From Trypanosoma brucei (taxonomy: Eukaryota): a DNA stretch of 64,000 bases. The DNA is taken from positions 1,248,001-1,312,000 of the forward strand of contig CH464491.1 in assembly GCA_000002445.1 (NCBI GenBank), given 5' to 3'. The notes beneath the pieces are model-generated. The model saw nothing but the letters and a program-made list of their open reading frames with translations. It had not been told where the DNA came from and did no database searches. Both the position numbers and the translations under genes were made by a program. Shown one piece after another: positions 54,717 to 64,000 of the stretch (the stretch's first letter is position 1; each line of letters opens with the position of its first letter).

Positions 54717-54873
54717 TCAAGGAAAAAGGCATAGGTTGAAAGGGGAAAGAAAAAGAAAAGGGTTGGGGACGAAAAAGTTTTTTAAAAAAAAACTAAGACA
54801 AAACAACGAAATAAAACCAGAAGGGTAGTTTTTCCTTTGTTTTCTTTTCTTTTTGTTTTTTTTTCTGGTTTCC

Positions 54874-56373
54874 ATGTCTGAAAAGGGAACATCGTTAAAC
54901 CTATTCCTCGCCGCCTGCCAAAAGGAGGGTGTGAAGCAACCCAACACATTTCTTGTCGAGTTCTTTACGAAAAAACCTGAACTGTCGGAAGTGGAGGAAA
55001 TAGACTTGAGCAAGAACTACATTGGGAACCGTGGTATTCTTGCCTTACTCGATGTAATTAGCGAGCTGCCATGCTTTCGCTTCCTCAACTGCTCAAACCA
55101 AAAACTGTATAACACGGACTTGAATGAGGATAGCGTTAGAGGTAACGCCACAATAGATCGCATCGTCGACGTTTTCAAATCACATCCAACAGCCAACGCA
55201 TTAGATCTCAGCCACAATCCTATTTCAAACTATGCTGGCCGTAGATTATTGTTGCTTACCCAAAATAACAAGCGCATCTGCCGTGTGGAATTGGTGGACA
55301 CTCGCATTGACTTTGAACTCCGCTCTCGCATTACGCAACAATGTGAAAAGAATACCATCGCTATTTGGGAGTCACAAGCACAAGAAAAGGAGGAGGAACG
55401 CGCCTTTGGTGAAAGTGTCACGTGGGTCCCAACACAAACGTCTGCGGACTTGACGGCAATCGGTGGCGGCCGGAAGCGACGTACTACAGTGCGAGGTGAG
55501 GGAATTGATCCTGAGAAGGCTAAATCATATGTTGCACCATATTTCGAGAAGAGTGAAGACGAAACGGCACTCATCTTGAAGTTGTTGACGTATAACGTAC
55601 TCTTCTCCTTTCTGGACTCACGCGATCTTATGACTGTGGCGGGTGCCATGTGGCGTGTGGAGTTCAAGCAGGATGATTGCATTATGGAGGCGGGGCAGAC
55701 AACATGTGACAAACTGTATATAATTCAAGATGGTAAAGCAGATATCATTAAAGAAGGACAGAAGGTATATCTCAAGGTAGAAGGTACGGCGGTAGGAGAG
55801 CTTGAACTTATGTATCAGACACCAACTGTTGCCACGGTGAAAGTTTGCACACCGGAGCTCATCGCATGGGCACTCGATCGCGACACGTATCGTCACCTCG
55901 TGATGGGTAGTGCCATCCGCCGCCGTGAGACATATATTCAATTCCTAACAAATATTCCGTTCCTCAGTGGCCTTGACAATTATGAGAAGCTGCAACTTGC
56001 GGATGCCCTCAGCAGCGACGAGTTTGAACCGGGTGATTACATCATTCGCTACGGAGAGGAGGGCGAATGGCTGTACATCATTTTGGAAGGTTCTGTTGAT
56101 GTGGTTGGGCGGGATGACGATGGAAATGAAAAGCATGTTTGGGAATTCGGGAAGGGGGATCATGTGGGTGAGCTGGAATTCCTTAACAATCACGCCAATG
56201 TAGCAGATGTTGTGGCAAAAACGCATGTTGTCACGGCGAAGCTTAACCGTAGGCACTTTGAAATGTGCCTTGGACCTGTCATTGATGTACTGAAACGAAC
56301 CTCGCAGCAGCCAAACTATGAGTACTACCAGTCGAAACTGAAAACTACTTTAAGGGCAGAGGGGAGGAAGTAG
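54874..56373 (+). CDS. PKAR: cAMP-dependent-protein-kinase-type regulatory subunit (PKA-R), with an N-terminal leucine-rich-repeat domain and two C-terminal cyclic-nucleotide-binding-like domains.
   Basis: The track ORF starts at a TTG at 54853. The ATG at 54874 gives a 499-aa product beginning MSEKGTSLNLFLAACQKEG. LRR motifs are present: LSKNYIGNRGILALLDVISELPCFRFLNCSNQKL and LDLSHNPISNYAGRRLLLL. The pseudosubstrate-like RRTTV is present. Two CNB domains carry the PBC cassettes GELELMYQTPTVATV and GELEFLNNHANVADVVA. The length and N-terminus match my memory of T. brucei PKAR. Confidence 0.9.
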   Translation: MSEKGTSLNLFLAACQKEGVKQPNTFLVEFFTKKPELSEVEEIDLSKNYIGNRGILALLDVISELPCFRFLNCSNQKLYNTDLNEDSVRGNATIDRIVDVFKSHPTANALDLSHNPISNYAGRRLLLLTQNNKRICRVELVDTRIDFELRSRITQQCEKNTIAIWESQAQEKEEERAFGESVTWVPTQTSADLTAIGGGRKRRTTVRGEGIDPEKAKSYVAPYFEKSEDETALILKLLTYNVLFSFLDSRDLMTVAGAMWRVEFKQDDCIMEAGQTTCDKLYIIQDGKADIIKEGQKVYLKVEGTAVGELELMYQTPTVATVKVCTPELIAWALDRDTYRHLVMGSAIRRRETYIQFLTNIPFLSGLDNYEKLQLADALSSDEFEPGDYIIRYGEEGEWLYIILEGSVDVVGRDDDGNEKHVWEFGKGDHVGELEFLNNHANVADVVAKTHVVTAKLNRRHFEMCLGPVIDVLKRTSQQPNYEYYQSKLKTTLRAEGRK

Positions 56374-57940
56374 GTGGCTCGTAAAATATGCATTGGATTG
56401 CTTTTCGTGTTTTTTTTGTTTGTTTTCTTGTTTTTGTTTTCTTTTGGGGAGTATTCGATTGGATTTTTTTTTGGGAGGTGGAGGCTACTGTAGAGAGGAA
56501 GAGTCGTGTAAACAAGAGGAGGAAGCAGGAAGAAATAATAATAATAATAATAGAAGAAGGGAAGGAGAGTGGCTGCAACGGAAGGTAAAGTAAAAAAAAA
56601 AAAGAAGAGAGGGAGGAGAAGAGAGGAGAACAAACAACTTATCCCGTCATTTCTTCTTCTTCTTTTTTGATCTTGCGTTATTGTATGTATATGTATTCCT
56701 GACTTCTGTTGCTTCCTTCATCAATGCAGAAGTTGTCAGTTTCGCAAAGAATGAAGGAAGTAAAAAAAGAAAAGAAAAAAGTTTATTATTATTATTAAAG
56801 AAAAAAAAAGGAGAGATGAATAAAATAGAGGAAGGGAGTATGAATCCCATTTACTGGAGGAGAAAACAAAACGAAGGGGATTAAATGAGATGATGAAATT
56901 GAAAAGTGAGAGTGAGAGTATGAGTGAATGAACTGTTGCGAAGACGTGAGACAACTGGAAGGCGAGAAAGTTGTGTGGGATAATGTTAGAAAAAATAAGG
57001 AAACATATATAGAAAAAAGAAAAGAGAAGAGAAGAGGCAAGGGGTCATGGAGTAATAAAACGAGGGAAAATAGTAATGATAATAATAATAATAATAATAA
57101 AAACAAGATGGGAACATGAAAAACGGTGAAGGCAAATATGAGACTTGTAACTGTACCGAATATGACACCTATTGTTGTTATTATTACTATTGTTGTTATT
57201 TATTTATTTTTTTAAAAAAAAAGGGGGGAAAAAGAAAAAAAAATGAGGGAATAACATTTTGGATTTGCACCAGATCCAGTTTATATGGAAGAACCCCTGC
57301 TGATGGTGGCAAGGCGTATTGTGGACTTGACGCGGCAATTTTTTTTTTTTTACGCGCAACTGCTTCGGTAGAGTAGGACAAAAAGAAAAATTACGCAAAC
57401 AAAATATTTTGGTGATTTCTCTTTTTCCCCTTTTTGGTGTTTATATTTATGTTAAAAGTGTACAGTTATGTGTCTGTAAATTGTGGTATACCGTCACTTC
57501 AGCATTTCCTTCTTGTATAACACACCAACAAAGAAAAAAAAGAAAGGGAAAAAGATTTTTTTTCTAATTTATTCTATTTATATTTTGTTGTTGTTGGTGT
57601 TATTGCGTTAGTAACGGCAGCAATGTGTGGTATTTGAAGGTTTATGTTTCATTTCTGTATGATGATAACATGTGTAACTTTCATTCATTTAATGTTAGGT
57701 CTGCCATGTCGTCTCATTATTATTATTATTATTATCATCATCATCATGTTTTAAAGTTCTCTCGTCCCTCTCGTACTCAACTTTTCGTTTTTGTTTCTTT
57801 GTTATTTTGCCGAGAATAAAGAAAAAATATGTATGTATATATTTATTTATTTAAAAGCAACACCGACCGAACCTATCCTTCCCACAGCTACGCATAAGCA
57901 AAATTCGCAAACAGCACGAACTTTATTTATTTATTTATTT

Positions 57941-57970
57941 GTGTGTGTTTGTGTGTGTGTGTGTGTGTGT
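57941..57970 (+). repeat. (GT)n microsatellite in the long region downstream of PKAR.
   Basis: The sequence gtgtgtgtttgtgtgtgtgtgtgtgtgtgt is directly visible. Confidence 0.9.
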
Positions 57971-58372
57971 TTTTTCTCCTCCCTCTTCTTTGTTTATGCC
58001 ATCTGATGTTGTAGTTGTTTTCTTTTCTTTTTTCCTTTTTTTTTTTTGTCAGCATGTGAAGGGAAAAGTTTCATCTCGTGTGTTTCCTTTCATTTGTTTT
58101 TTTTTCTCTCTTGCTTTTGTTCTTCGCTTCCTTCGCCCCATAATTCCGTTTGTTGACTCCTTTCGGCTCCTTCGCTTTTTGTTTTGTTTTATGTTTTATG
58201 TCTTTATATTTATTTGTTTAATGTTTCAATTGCCCTTGTGTTTGTATTTGTGTTTGTGTTTGTGCTCGGGAGGTTCTGTTTTTTTTTTTCCTTTTTGTTG
58301 TTTTTTTTTTTTCCCTCCCCCTTCCCCGCCGTTTGATGTTGTTTTTTCTTCACTCTTGATTTTATTCCTTTC

Positions 58373-58408
58373 CTCTCTCTCTCTCTCTCTCTCTCTCTGT
58401 CTGTCTCT
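58373..58408 (+). repeat. (CT)n microsatellite.
   Basis: The sequence ctctctctctctctctctctctctgtctgtctc is directly visible. Confidence 0.9.
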
Positions 58409-58501
58409 TCACTTGAGCAATTTTTCTTACCTTACCGTTGGATGGACACTTCCTTTTTTTTCTTAAAAAATTACTGTTTGATTTCATTTAATTCTGCACG
58501 C

Positions 58502-58525
58502 GAGGAGGAGGAGGAGGAGGAGGAG
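58502..58525 (+). repeat. (GAG)8 trinucleotide repeat.
   Basis: The sequence gaggaggaggaggaggaggaggag is directly visible. Confidence 0.9.
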
Positions 58526-59689
58526 GGAAGGTGTGTTTTGTTTTATTTGAAAGAAAAAGAGAGGAGAAGAAAAAGAAATTAATTTATTTATTAATTAATT
58601 TATTTATTTACGTATGTGTGCGTTTTGTGTGAAATGGACGTCAAGAGGAGTAATATCCCAAAGCACTTTTCCTCTTCTTTTTTTTTTGTTCCCTCTCTCC
58701 CTCTCTCTCTCTTCTTTGTTTGTTTTTTTGTTTTGTTTGTTTTTTTACTTACTTAAAAAATGAAAATAATGTTTTGAATGAAAAATATCAATATTTTTAT
58801 TCGGGCGTGTCATGCATTGCTAAAACAAAAATAAATACGCCAATAGAGAAGAGGAGGAAGAAAGAAAATGGAATGGAATGGGTTGTGAAAGTCATGTAAT
58901 ATGAAGAAAGAAAAGAAAGAAAAAATAAATAAAAAAATAAAAAAGTGACAAAGGCCGAATATAAATAGAATTAAAAACAATACTGCCACCACCCACCCCA
59001 AAAAAAAAATATATATATATATAAGAAAGAGAAGTACGAGATGCGGATATTAACAAAAAGAAATTAAAGAGATGGGAAAGAGAGAAGGGGGGAAAAAAAA
59101 AAGACAGAGAACAACATGTAAAAATTTTAATTTTGGCGGGGGCGGGGGAAGGGGGGAGGGAAATGCAAAACTGTAATTTCTATTTTAAGAAATAAAATAA
59201 AATAAAATAAGAGAGAGAAAGAGAGAGATGGAAGTGTATTTATATGTGTACGTACCGGTATTAGGAGGAAAGGTGAAGAGCTGTGCGTTATAATGTATGA
59301 ATTTGTTGTTTGAGTGAAGGAATGAAAAAAAAAAAAGATAAATATATAAATAAATTACACATATGATTATAATTATAACAGAATAATAATCAAACAAAAC
59401 AATAATAACACAAAAAAAATAGGAGGAAGAGGAAGTAAAGGAAGGCGGAGGAATGTACAAAAAAAAAGCAGAGAGAAGAAGATAAGATTAAGTTATGCTA
59501 AGTTAAGTTAAGAGGCACATTTTAGAGGAGGAGGAGGAGGATGAGGAAGAAGAAGAAGAAAAACAAGAAACTAAATTGAAAAAAATGTGAGGGAGTAAAG
59601 ACATTGCAGGGGGAGGTGGGAGAAAAAATATATATATATATATATAAGAAAAGGGGGTGAAACAATTTTTTCTTTTAACCATATGAATA

Positions 59690-59744
59690 TGAATATTTAT
59701 TTATATTTATATTTATATTTATATTCATATTTATATTTATATTG
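59690..59744 (+). repeat. (ATATTT)n hexanucleotide minisatellite, about 9 units.
   Basis: The sequence tatttatttatatttatatttatatttatattcatatttatatttatatt is directly visible. Confidence 0.85.
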
Positions 59745-60187
59745 TGTATTTGTATTAGTGGTGCCCGGGGGTATCTCGCGGTTGGCGCTTTAAAATCTTG
59801 CATTTTGTTGTCGTGTTGTCTTCTTTTTTTTTTTTCTTTTTTCCTCCTCCCCCCCCTTGCGGTCGCATTATCTGTTCAAATTTTTTTTCATGTGTCTTTT
59901 TGTCGTGTTTGTTTGTTTGTTTGTTTTTTTCTTTACTTCGCTTTATCTTACCTTATCTTATCTTATCTTTTTCTCGTCATGTTTTTTTTTTACTTTGATT
60001 CTCTTCCGTTAATTTTTTTATACTTTTTATTTTCTTCATACTAATATTTGCTGCATGGTACTTCCAATGTCGTTACGCGTTTGATCCACTTTTTTTTTCT
60101 CCCCCCCCCCATCATTCCCCCCTTCTTTTTTTTTTTCATTCTTCTCATTTTCTACACGCACACACGCCTCTTCACTTTTTCTGGTGC

Positions 60188-60211
60188 ATATATATATATA
60201 TATATATATAT
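60188..60211 (+). repeat. (AT)12 microsatellite.
   Basis: The sequence atatatatatatatatatatatat is directly visible. Confidence 0.9.
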
Positions 60212-61774
60212 TGTTATTTATTTATATACAAACACAATAAAAAAGCAAACGATGAAAGAATAAGACCGCAGAAGAGATAAACATTTTGTTGTTCAAGGAA
60301 GAAGGGGGTGACAGAAAAAAAAAAAGAAGGAAGCAAGAAGGAAGGAATGAATACAGTTTGTGTCTCTACGTGAAGCGATTATTTCATTTTGTTTTTTTTT
60401 TTAAATTATATTGTTATAACAATAATATAAAAAAAACTTATATCTTGTACCTCTATATTTACACGGACTGTGCACCGAAGTGTGTGGAAAGGAAAGCCCG
60501 CATGCTTAAGGAAGGAGAGGGGTTGTGTGTAGTGACTTTGTGAAGCCCTTTGAGGGAGTTTATTTCACGCCTTATTTTGTGTGTTGCGCTTCTCTGCTTT
60601 AAAAAAAAAAAAAAAAAAGTGGCCTCCCATCTTTTTTTTATTTATTTGTTGTTGTTGTTGTTGTTTTGGTTTTGCCTTCTCTCTCCTTGTTCTCCTTTCT
60701 CAAACAATAATTATTTTTTTTTGCTTTTGTTCTCTCTCCATTCACGTTGCAAATATATTGAAGAAAAGGGGGAATGGGGATGCACAAGTTGTTTTACTGG
60801 ATATCATTATTACAAATTTAAAGTGAAAAAACAAAGATGTCGAAAAAAAAAAAGGGGGACGGAAAAATATTATTATAATAACAATAATACTAATAATAAT
60901 AAATAGTGTACAGAAGTAATAAATAAGCAATCAAAAGGCAAGTTGTTTAAGTGATGCATTTGCTGAGGTGCATTGGCATCTGACTGACGTTTTGAACTTG
61001 TGGAGGATACGCATGCACATGTACACGTGTATGTGTGTGTAAATATATGTATATATGTTTATCAGCGCGTTCTTGTGCTTCCATTCCAAAAGAAAATAAA
61101 AAGGAGGAGGGGTTGCGGGACATCATATAACAATGTTACTGAAAAAAAAATGGAAGGGAAAAGAATATATGAGTGGATGAAAGGGTTATTATTAACAAAC
61201 CCCTGTTGCATTTACTCAGTAGGATACAAACACGTTCATCTGTAGCTGATGTCTGCTGGAAAGGTTTCGGGTGACAGGTCTCGGTGTCGGTATTGGTGCC
61301 ATTGTTTATTTTGTTTTATTGGAATCACGACACGACTGACTCACCACGGAAGTAGGCGTGCGGCGCAGAAATTATTACAGTCCCCCTTCTGACCGTTGGA
61401 TGCTATGAACGCACTCTATTTTACTCTCTCTCTTTCCCTCTTTCTCTCTTTTTCACGTCATCCCCTTTGGTATCGTTATCACTATTATTTATTTTATATT
61501 ATATGCAACTTCTACATTTTTTTTTTCATACCCTTTTTTTCATCTTTCACCCGCACTCAACTGTGATTTCTGTGGAACAACCACAATAACAACAAAATGA
61601 AGGAAACTTCGCATCTCTAAAGGGCAAAGCGGAGTATTTTGAAGAGTGTCAACCAATAAGTAAGTGCAGGCTTCCGTCGTGTCGGAAGCCTTATCTTTTA
61701 CTTATTGCTTGACTCGATATATATATATATATATATATACATATACATATTCCTCAGCGCCGTAAGCACTTGTT

Positions 61775-63097
61775 ATGCAACGGCACCAGTTATATGTTGA
61801 TGGCCTTTCGGGGTTATTGTCACCCGCTGGAATCCGTACGTACCGGCAGGCGGGTCTTGTTGTAGCGCGTGGCCTCCTTCCTGAGAAACTCGTGGAGGCT
61901 CTCACCTCAACTTGTAGCAGCATCGCATTGACTAGAGGTAAATGTGTCTTTCCAGGTATTGACGAGGCTCACAGTGGAAAGGTTGAGTTTGATGGGCGCA
62001 CCGTTCCACAACCAACGGCTAATTTAGGTGCCCAAGAGCCTCCTCCAGAAATTCAGAAGCAGCTTCGTCAGCAGGACGAGGCGCGGTCGATCGAGCGGCG
62101 GTATGAAAAGGTGCTGCTCAAATGTCGGAACCAACGGCAAGTGGAACGGGTATACGCCCGACTGGCCGCACAACGCGAGCGCTACATGAAGTTCAAACAA
62201 GTAAGGAATGTTGTTTCACCTGAGGAGGAGCTCTCCGGACGGACGAGCAACCGACGCATGCGTGAGATCGGCGAGAGTTACGAGTATGAGGATTTGAAGA
62301 GCAGTTTCGAAACGTATCGTGACAGTGGGAAGATGGAGATGGAAGTGCGACGTGACTACCACGTTGACCGGGCGATGGAGCACCTACAGAACTGGTCAAA
62401 ATGTTGGTGCCGTGTGTGGCCGGAATCAAAGGAATTGCAGGAACTTTTGTTGCGTGGCGAACTCGGTTCCATTGTCGGGCAGGCCGCTGCTGCGCTGGCT
62501 GGCGAAATTGTGATCCGTCTATTTGACGACGCGATTCACGACTACCAGAGATTTCTGAATAGCACGCCATTTCACTTCACGGGAAACTCTACCAACTTTC
62601 GCAACGTGAATGGCATGACAGTGTCAGTTGGCCTAACAGCACACGACGACGTTCGCACTTTTGTCATTCCTGGTTCCCATCACGTGATGCGAGAGTTCAC
62701 CAATGATGGTAATGATTTTAGCCGTTTTTGTGCTACCGGTGTGTTTGACACAGGCCGTGCAATTCGAGGTATCGAACCACTGAGTGAGCTTCCAGTGTTT
62801 CAACTACAACCGTTGGAACCAGGTAGCGTACTTTTTATGAACCACTACACCATTAGCGGAGCGCAGCCGACAATGTGCGGCCCCGCAGCGGATTACGTTC
62901 CACCCGCGGCGGCTCCAGTGAACGGTGTTTACCAATATTCCCTCATTCTTATGCCCGGTCGTTGTTTGTTTGATGGGCTGAGAAATTCGTGGGCGTCGCG
63001 TGACAGCCACGGTCCATTGTACAACTATAAAGCGGGACAGCCGCTAATTGATGATGCCGTGTTTCCCGTACTTCACAGAGCGCTGGATGTGGAGTAA
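61775..63097 (+). CDS. Hypothetical protein (440 aa). Its C-terminal half may be a PhyH-like 2-oxoglutarate/Fe(II) dioxygenase fold (weak call).
   Basis: It starts with ATG. The composition is complex. A possible H-x-D...H triad lies around IHDYQ, IPGSHHV and FMNHYT. The N-terminal 200 residues are Arg/Glu-rich and helical. Confidence 0.45.
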   Translation: MQRHQLYVDGLSGLLSPAGIRTYRQAGLVVARGLLPEKLVEALTSTCSSIALTRGKCVFPGIDEAHSGKVEFDGRTVPQPTANLGAQEPPPEIQKQLRQQDEARSIERRYEKVLLKCRNQRQVERVYARLAAQRERYMKFKQVRNVVSPEEELSGRTSNRRMREIGESYEYEDLKSSFETYRDSGKMEMEVRRDYHVDRAMEHLQNWSKCWCRVWPESKELQELLLRGELGSIVGQAAAALAGEIVIRLFDDAIHDYQRFLNSTPFHFTGNSTNFRNVNGMTVSVGLTAHDDVRTFVIPGSHHVMREFTNDGNDFSRFCATGVFDTGRAIRGIEPLSELPVFQLQPLEPGSVLFMNHYTISGAQPTMCGPAADYVPPAAAPVNGVYQYSLILMPGRCLFDGLRNSWASRDSHGPLYNYKAGQPLIDDAVFPVLHRALDVE

Positions 63098-63481
63098 TGT
63101 GCGTCTGTTAGGGTGAAGTGTACCGCCACTGCCCACGGGAGTGTGTCTTGTGGGTAAGGTAGGGGTTGAGTAATGTTCACAGAATAATATATATATATAT
63201 ATATAGAAGTGTTTATCCATGTGCAATCAATTGAGTAGCATTTTCTCTATCTACTCTGCACGTAACTTGAACCGCGTTGTTTAACTTGTCTGCCTCCCTA
63301 TCCCTCCACATTCCGTATTCAATTCATAAAATATGTAGCGGGTGGGCAAGGTGTCGGAAGCCCACCAGGGAGATAAAACAAAAAGAAAAACGCACTCCGT
63401 CTTTTTTTTAAAAAAAAAAAAGGAAACACACACACATAACACCGGGGTTCGGAAAAGTTGTGTGCCGGTTGCGGCCCTTAT

Positions 63482-64000
63482 ATGAATACGATCGATGCTG
63501 CTCTTGTAAGCATTCAGAATGGGCTAGCGCAGGAGAAAAAAGGTCAACTTTCCGAAGCACATGAGTTACTTATTAATGGCGTGAGGGGACTCCGCAAAGC
63601 TGTTAAGGAGTTGACACTCGATAGTTCACGGCGATTACTACTTATCGAATATGACAAAGATGCGATGAGGCACATTCAGCGAATTTCTGAGGTTTTAAAG
63701 GGGTCAAAAAAACACGTGGCTGACACCCTTCTCCCAGCACCGTCTTCAACTCACTCGTATGTGTCGTCCCGTCCGCAAACCTCGGAACACCGCTCCGGTG
63801 AGGATGACGACTACCTAAGTTTTCTCAACACTGATGTGGGAAGTCCCGTGCATACAAGTTTATTTGCCCAACCTCCCTTCCACCAAGTCTACAAGGCGCC
63901 GGCAAAACCAACTGGAACCACTGGTCTGTCGGCGTCACCGCCACGAGTTCATCGCTCCGGAGAGGAGCCCGGGAGTCCTGCCGCGCAATCCCCAACGCAG
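63482..64000 (+). CDS. Partial CDS (173 codons; the stop lies beyond the window) with an N-terminal MIT-like three-helix domain.
   Basis: By my translation the frame is open from the ATG at 63482 to the window edge: MNTIDAALVSIQNGLAQEKKGQLSEAHELLINGVRGLRKAVKELTLDSSRRLLLIEYDKDAMRHIQRISEVL... This pattern resembles MIT domains (Vps4, spastin, katanin p60 N-termini). A Ser/Pro-rich linker follows. The track omits it because no stop falls inside the window. Confidence 0.45.
   Translation, partial: MNTIDAALVSIQNGLAQEKKGQLSEAHELLINGVRGLRKAVKELTLDSSRRLLLIEYDKDAMRHIQRISEVLKGSKKHVADTLLPAPSSTHSYVSSRPQTSEHRSGEDDDYLSFLNTDVGSPVHTSLFAQPPFHQVYKAPAKPTGTTGLSASPPRVHRSGEEPGSPAAQSPTQ

Noticed and set aside
19659-54873. 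N-terminal extensions of several track ORFs: 19659, 21262, 27155, 29446, 32649, 50303, 52962 and 54853 on the plus strand, plus 3313 on the minus strand.
   Set aside because: The extended starts are GTG or TTG codons, or they run through the upstream polyY tract. Trypanosome nuclear genes initiate at ATG downstream of the spliced-leader acceptor. I moved the starts to the first in-frame ATG, each of which gives a sensible conserved N-terminus.
56325-60930. Numerous 60-175-aa ORFs on both strands downstream of PKAR.
   Set aside because: All are homopolymeric or microsatellite translations: poly-F/L/S, poly-K/E/R, IIIIII, YYYYYY, CVCVCV. None has protein-like complexity. I treated them as products of the low-complexity block reported in the findings.
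1-64000. Mobile elements (ingi/RIME/SLACS retroposons), CRISPR arrays and prokaryotic operon features.
   Set aside because: No long terminal or internal repeats, no reverse transcriptase or endonuclease ORFs and no repeat-spacer periodicity are present. The sequence is eukaryotic and kinetoplastid in character, so prokaryotic feature types do not apply.

Overview
This 64-kb window reads as a nuclear chromosome segment from a kinetoplastid, most likely the Trypanosoma brucei group. The organism call rests on gene content and local gene order that I recall from T. brucei chromosome 11: a leucine-rich-repeat (LRR)-containing PKA regulatory subunit, a tandem pair of ALBA-domain genes, a Rab5-family GTPase and a NOX-type ferric reductase. 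That recall is not verified here. The genes are intron-less and tightly packed. A polypyrimidine (polyY) tract followed by AG sits upstream of most start codons, and the intergenic DNA is rich in simple-sequence repeats. Genes fall into two divergent polycistronic units: at least five minus-strand genes between 1 and 13992, and about 19 plus-strand genes from 19722 to the end of the window. Between them is a 5.7-kb gene-free divergent strand-switch region (13993-19721) with mirrored GT/CA strand skew and a G11 run. This is the expected site of RNA polymerase II transcription initiation. Genes whose function I can recognise from sequence are: a NOX/FRE ferric reductase; a PGAM-type histidine phosphatase; two ALBA-domain paralogs; a Fused/STK36-like kinase with ARM repeats; a radial spoke head protein (RSP4/6); an acyl-CoA synthetase; the NatA catalytic subunit Naa10; a C3HC4 RING protein; a Rab5-family GTPase; and the kinetoplastid PKA regulatory subunit. 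The remaining genes are coiled-coil or helical-repeat proteins with no assignable function. One of them, a 1403-aa protein, has winged-helix-like N- and C-terminal segments that recall TFIIIC220. I found no rRNA, tRNA, CRISPR array or retroposon signature. The ORF track uses GTG and TTG as start codons, so many of its ORFs carry artificial N-terminal extensions; I moved those starts to the first in-frame ATG. The track also omits edge-truncated genes, and I recovered two: a minus-strand gene running off the left edge and a plus-strand gene running off the right edge.
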